Virus genome (UHGV): UHGV-0138922
Origin: a virus
Direction: 5' to 3' (one strand)
DNA length: 36,008 bases
A program made the position numbers and the translations under genes. A model generated the notes under the pieces. The model was given only the letters and a program-made list of their open reading frames with translations, searched no databases and was not told the origin of the DNA. Shown here piece by piece: positions 34,104 through 36,008 of this stretch (position 1 is the first letter of the stretch; every line of letters starts with the position of its first letter).

Positions 34104-35129
34104 ATGAAAAATTCTAAGCGCATCACCTTCAACCTGTTCATCAAATCCAATGGCAAACTGAACATTACTGTTATGGAAGGTAAAGCAAGCAAACAAGACA
34201 AATCCTTTGAAGTAGTATCCGGTAAGACTCTGACCGAAATGCGTCAGAATGCTGGCATCAAAGACGGTGCTGAATGGCAGATCACTAACCGTTTCGACAA
34301 ACGTCACGTTAAACCTACACTGGTAGAAGGTGAATCCGTTTATTGCTTCGCTCGTGCTGTTAAAGCTGATGAGACTTACTATCTCGCTGTTGTTAAAACT
34401 GCTTCCGGCTTCCGTGCTGTAATGCATCACAAGAGCAAGCGTAACGAATACGGTGTAGAGACCCAGGAAGTTGCAAAACGCTTCCGTACTGTTGCTACTG
34501 AATCCACTGTAAAGGATGTTTCTGGTACTGTTAACACCGCTAAAGGTGGTTCCTTCTACAACCATGCATTACAGGTTACTTCCTCCTTCTTCTGCAAAAA
34601 AGAAGCACAGAAAGAAGTTGCTCCGGTGGTAGTTGAAGAAGTTAAAGAAGAAGTTGCAGTGGTTGAATCTTCCGAAGTTGAAGCACTGAAAGCTGAACTG
34701 ACAGCAGTTAAAGCGGAAAATGCTTCCCTGAAAGAAGAAAACGCATCTCTGAAAGCAGAACTGGCAGCACAGGAAACCACTTTCGAAGCAGCGGTTGAAG
34801 TTGAAGCAGTTGAAGAAAAATCCATTGATGAAGAACTGGAAGAACTCCTTAACTATCGCTGGGGTAACGGTGAAGTAGAAGAACAGGAAAACGAGAAAGA
34901 AGCTGATCCGGTAGTAGTTCCGGTTGAAGTTGAAGCAGAATCCGCACCAGTTACTAACTTTGAAACCCTGCGCAATAACTTTATGGCTAAATTCAAAACT
35001 ACTTGGGAAGATACCGAAGAAGAACAAGAAGATATTGAAGTAAACGAAGACGAGATCCGAGAAGCACAGATGGCACTGCATGACGCTATCTATGACACTA
35101 ACTACAGCGCCTACGCATACGCAGCTTAA
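34104..35129 (+). CDS. Acidic coiled-coil protein (341 aa) with host-optimised codon usage; function unknown
   Basis: CAGGAG ribosome-binding site; codons dominated by CGT/CTG/GGT/TTC/AAC/GAA unlike neighbouring phage genes; C-terminal half Glu/Ala/Val-rich heptads. Confidence 0.65.
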   Translation: MKNSKRITFNLFIKSNGKLNITVMEGKASKQDKSFEVVSGKTLTEMRQNAGIKDGAEWQITNRFDKRHVKPTLVEGESVYCFARAVKADETYYLAVVKTASGFRAVMHHKSKRNEYGVETQEVAKRFRTVATESTVKDVSGTVNTAKGGSFYNHALQVTSSFFCKKEAQKEVAPVVVEEVKEEVAVVESSEVEALKAELTAVKAENASLKEENASLKAELAAQETTFEAAVEVEAVEEKSIDEELEELLNYRWGNGEVEEQENEKEADPVVVPVEVEAESAPVTNFETLRNNFMAKFKTTWEDTEEEQEDIEVNEDEIREAQMALHDAIYDTNYSAYAYAA

Positions 35130-35143
35130 TCGAGGGTGAATCT

Positions 35144-35386
35144 ATGATGAATCAAAACAAAGAATTTCTGGGTAATCTGATGTTAGAAATTACCAAAATG
35201 AAAGAGCGTATGGCAAAGATGGAATCAGAGATTAAATCACTTAAAGCTGATAACGCCGCATTACGAAAGAGTTTAAAACTGATTGATGAGACTAATGCGG
35301 TTATGATGGATCATGTATTCCCTGAATGGCGAAATGAAACTAAACCTACACAACATAAGAAACCTACACTTCGGATTGTTGCATAA
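35144..35386 (+). CDS. Small leucine-zipper-like protein with basic C-terminus (80 aa)
   Basis: GAGGGTG ribosome-binding site; the C-terminal KPTQHKKPTL is encoded by two inverted iteron copies. Confidence 0.55.
   Translation: MMNQNKEFLGNLMLEITKMKERMAKMESEIKSLKADNAALRKSLKLIDETNAVMMDHVFPEWRNETKPTQHKKPTLRIVA
35342..35369 (-). repeat. Two inverted iteron copies (AAACCTACAC on plus strand)
   Basis: Exact reverse complements of GTGTAGGTTT at ~35342 and ~35360; another at 34311-34320; TAGGTTAGGTTT at ~35421. Confidence 0.7.
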
Positions 35387-35391
35387 AAAAA

Positions 35392-35415
35392 GGGAGTCCC
35401 ATTTAAGAGACTCCC
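35392..35415. terminator. Hairpin terminator (T-run on minus-strand side, A-run on plus)
   Basis: GGGAGTC-ccatttaaga-GACTCCC; minus-strand reading is followed by UUUUUUU. Confidence 0.5.
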
Positions 35416-35673
35416 TATAGTTAGGTTAGGTTTGCACAACAAAGATGAGGTTATAATGAACATAATGCTACATTATTCTTTAAAGCCAGAAAATAACCGC
35501 CCCTTTCGAGGCGGGAGGATTAATACTCAATCTATACTTGTTATGTTTTTATGATGTATAGATCACTGACTATGAAAACACTGTACTGGAGTTGTGTTTT
35601 ATGGCTTTTAATCGGGAATCCTCAAAGAAGATCCCCTGTTAATAACCATAAGGAGAAAAGGCAGATTACACTA

Positions 35674-35958
35674 TTATTTAGTACGCTTGAAAATGTGATT
35701 CAAAACGACAAACAGACAGTAAAACCAAAATGCGATTAACAACACATGAATTGATGAAGTCGGTTTAAAATCAAATAAGAACATCGCCAGACAATCCACC
35801 GTAAAGGAAATTACTTCGACAATCGCAAACAAACTAGCAATTCCACAAAACGCGCCTAAAAACAATTCCCAACGTTCTTTTTCATTGGTGGACAGTTTGA
35901 AAGCAGAAACGATAGAAAGAACAACGATGATCACGAGATAAGTTAAGAAAGTAGCCAT
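35674..35958 (-). CDS. Integral membrane protein (94 aa, about 3 predicted transmembrane helices)
   Basis: AGAGG ribosome-binding site before ATG 35958; hydrophobic segments LVIIVVLSIVSAF, FLGAFCGIASLFAIV, VLLIAFWFYCLFVVL. Confidence 0.5.
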   Translation of the reverse strand: MATFLTYLVIIVVLSIVSAFKLSTNEKERWELFLGAFCGIASLFAIVEVISFTVDCLAMFLFDFKPTSSIHVLLIAFWFYCLFVVLNHIFKRTK

Positions 35959-36008
35959 TAGTATTTTGCCTCTAGTTAGACAAACATCCTCTAAAAATTC
36001 AAATCAGA

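Larger units (their letters stand above)
392..36008. mobile_element. Prophage (tailed phage, lambda-like morphogenesis module, serine integrase); left junction near 392, right end outside window
   Basis: Compositional break at ~392, integrase gene 1.3 kb inside, full head/tail/terminase gene set downstream. Confidence 0.6.

Noticed and set aside
34556-35081. Minus-strand ORFs of 170 and 89 aa
   Set aside because: Antisense to the codon-optimised 341-aa gene; Phe/Cys-rich translations of its GAA/GAG-rich strand.
35551-35739. 62-aa plus-strand ORF
   Set aside because: No ribosome-binding site and partly antisense to the better-supported membrane protein gene 35674-35958.

Overview
This window appears to be the left end of a siphovirus-type prophage inserted into an Escherichia-like chromosome. 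Bases 1-391 look like host DNA (start of a YcdY-like gene and the 3' fragment of a YcdX-like PHP phosphoesterase gene, about 50% GC); from about 392 onward the DNA is AT-rich phage sequence. Left to right the phage carries: small membrane/secreted accessory genes, a large serine recombinase (integrase), two paralogous Zn-ribbon + GIY-YIG nuclease-like genes flanking a T4 UvsW-like SF2 helicase, and an M15 peptidase with small membrane proteins. A long minus-strand late operon follows: lambda J-like central fibre with a fused gpI-like N-terminus, K/L/M-like minor tail proteins, tape measure, G/T chaperones with a candidate -1 frameshift, major tail protein, a 1092-aa repeat-bearing fibre, a second tail-tube paralog, connectors, an HK97-type protease-scaffold-capsid polyprotein, portal and a gpA-type large terminase. 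Beyond it lies a regulatory region with a Rha-like protein, three paralogous HTH proteins, sigma70 promoters, CTAG-containing repeats, a GTGTAGGTTT iteron array beside an AT-rich tract, and an acidic gene with host-optimised codons. The most notable observation: the major capsid and major tail genes both end in UGA followed by in-frame, mutually similar extensions (Pro/Glu-rich then basic) that stop a few nt before strand-specific terminators, suggesting programmed stop-codon readthrough. No tRNA, rRNA or CRISPR array was found. All calls rest on reading the sequence and remembered family features, with no database searches; coordinates of motifs I derived by hand may be off by a few bp.
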